From assembly GCA_963779885.1 (NCBI GenBank), contig CAWAAN010000024.1:78277-142276 (forward strand): 64,000 bases of DNA, in the 5' to 3' direction. Both the position numbers and the translations under genes were made by a program. The notes beneath the pieces were generated by a model. It did not search any database. It was not told the DNA's origin and worked only from the letters and a program-made list of their open reading frames with translations. Origin of the DNA: an uncultured delta proteobacterium. Lineage in GTDB: Bacteria > Desulfobacterota > Desulfobacteria > Desulfobacterales > SG8-13. Position 1 is the stretch's first letter. Each line of letters begins with the position of its first letter. Below are positions 62,603 through 64,000 of this stretch, piece after piece.

Positions 62603-64000
62603 ATGAGCGATGGGGTCAACGGCATATCAAGCCGGATTAACTGGAAAAAACTAATTTTTCTTTTTTTGGGCATCGGCCTATTCTCGCTCGCCTATTACTC
62701 CCCGCCCTGGCCGGACGCCATCGATCCGCTCGGCAAGCATTTTGAACTGACCCGGGAAGGCAAGGGGGCCCTGGCGGTCTTTCTCCTGGCCGGCACGTGG
62801 TGGGTGTTCGAAGTCGTGCCGATCGGCATCACCAGCCTGGCGATCGGCGTGCTGCAAGCCCTGTTTCTGATCCGGCCCGCCAAAGTGGCCTTCAAGGACT
62901 TCATGGACCCGTCGGTCATGTTCATTTTCGCCTCGATCGTCATCGGCCTGGTGTTCACGAAAACCGGCTTGACCCGCCGCCTGGCCTACAAGATGCTGGC
63001 GATCGTGGGCGAACGAACCAGCATGATTTACCTGGGCTGTTTCGTCGTCACCGCCGCCCTGACCCACATCATGGCCCACACCGCCGTGGCGGCCACCATT
63101 TATCCCTTGCTGCTGGCCATCTATTCACTTTATGGCGAGGGCGACCGTCCCACCAAGTTCGGCAAGGGGCTTTTCATCGGCATGGCTTATGTGGCCGGCG
63201 CCGGCAGCATCGTCACCCTGCTAGGGGCCGCGCGCGGAGCCGTGGCCCTCGGCTTCTACACCGACATCGTCGGCAAAACCGTCTCTTTTTTCCAATTGAC
63301 CTATTACATGTTCCCGATCGGCTGGCTGATGACCTTTCTCCTGTGGGGATTTTTCATGATCGTCCTCAAACCGGAAAAGAAAACCATCCCCGGTTTAAGA
63401 GAAAGGGCCAAACATCTTTATTCGGAACTGGGCCCGCTGTCGCGTAACGAAATCCTTGCCAGCGCCATCGTGCTCACCACCATCCTGACCATGGCCCTGC
63501 GCTCTTTCGTACCGGCCCTGCAGCCGATCGACAAGACGGCCATCATCCTGATTTCGACCATTATGTTCTTTGTGACCGGGATCCTGGACATCGACGACCT
63601 GGAGGCCATCCCCTGGAACATCATCCTGCTCTTCGCCGGCGCGATGAGCATCGGCTTTTGCCTCTGGGAGACCGGGGCCGCCAAGTGGCTGGCCGTCAAC
63701 TGGCTGGTGATGTTCAAGGAGGCCAACTGGTTCGTGTTCACCATGAGCATCGCCTTTTTTGTCCTGATCATGACCAATTTCATCATGAACGTGGCCGCCA
63801 TCGCCATTTCGCTGCCGGTGGCGTTCGTCATCGCCCCCTACCTCGGGGTGGCGGCCGAGGTCATTCTTTTCGCCGCGCTGGTGACCGCCGGCATGCCTTT
63901 TTTGCTGCTCGTGGGGGCCGCACCCAATGCGATTGCCTACGATTCGAAACAGTTTACTCCGGGAGAGTTCTTTTTATACGGCATTCCCACCAGCATTCTG
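62603..64000 (+). CDS. DASS/SLC13-family anion:sodium symporter, 3' end outside the window (not in the ORF track)
   Basis: My translation from ATG 62603 (GGAGGAGG upstream) stays open to the window end (466 codons). It is a multi-pass membrane protein with WWVFEVVPIGITSL, GAGSIVTLLGAARG and the C-terminal hairpin motif LLVGAAPNAIAY, typical of DASS transporters. Confidence 0.8.
   Translation, partial: MSDGVNGISSRINWKKLIFLFLGIGLFSLAYYSPPWPDAIDPLGKHFELTREGKGALAVFLLAGTWWVFEVVPIGITSLAIGVLQALFLIRPAKVAFKDFMDPSVMFIFASIVIGLVFTKTGLTRRLAYKMLAIVGERTSMIYLGCFVVTAALTHIMAHTAVAATIYPLLLAIYSLYGEGDRPTKFGKGLFIGMAYVAGAGSIVTLLGAARGAVALGFYTDIVGKTVSFFQLTYYMFPIGWLMTFLLWGFFMIVLKPEKKTIPGLRERAKHLYSELGPLSRNEILASAIVLTTILTMALRSFVPALQPIDKTAIILISTIMFFVTGILDIDDLEAIPWNIILLFAGAMSIGFCLWETGAAKWLAVNWLVMFKEANWFVFTMSIAFFVLIMTNFIMNVAAIAISLPVAFVIAPYLGVAAEVILFAALVTAGMPFLLLVGAAPNAIAYDSKQFTPGEFFLYGIPTSIL

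Overview
GC-rich bacterial chromosomal window with about 55 supportable protein-coding genes. I recognised no rRNA, tRNA, CRISPR array, transposase, integrase or phage gene. The gene content (rubrerythrin, rubredoxin, ferritins, a small siroheme sulfite-reductase-like protein, HDOD/PAS sensor kinases, sigma-54-type promoters) suggests an anaerobic Desulfobacterota-like organism; this taxonomic assignment is inference only. Most long ORFs in the supplied track that lie antisense to real genes are GC-driven shadow ORFs. Several listed ORFs were trimmed to internal starts that have Shine-Dalgarno sequences. One CDS missing from the track was added: a DASS-family transporter at 62603..64000 that runs off the window end. 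The observations most worth follow-up are these. (1) A sigma-54-type operon encodes a lysine-type 2,3-aminomutase, two Ddl-like ATP-grasp ligases and a GNAT-deacetylase-GNAT fusion; it is a candidate pathway for an acetylated beta-lysine peptide or solute that I cannot match to a characterised pathway. (2) An OpgG/D-family glucan protein is paired with a multi-pass-membrane::GH94 phosphorylase fusion instead of OpgH. (3) Three copies of a ~156-bp palindromic MITE-like element with 3-bp T(A/G)A flanking duplications occupy every intergenic spacer around that glucan locus. (4) A translationally coupled five-gene pterin-like operon contains a cysteine-free PTPS-fold protein, a glycosyltransferase and a methyltransferase. 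(5) There are several gene remnants: a truncated class-III aminotransferase, a glucan phosphorylase C-terminal stub, an MgtE N-domain stub, and a DAHP-synthase::prephenate-dehydratase deletion chimera with two compensating frameshifts. These remnants indicate either local genome decay and rearrangement or assembly errors. All functional calls rest on motif recognition by eye; no database search was run.
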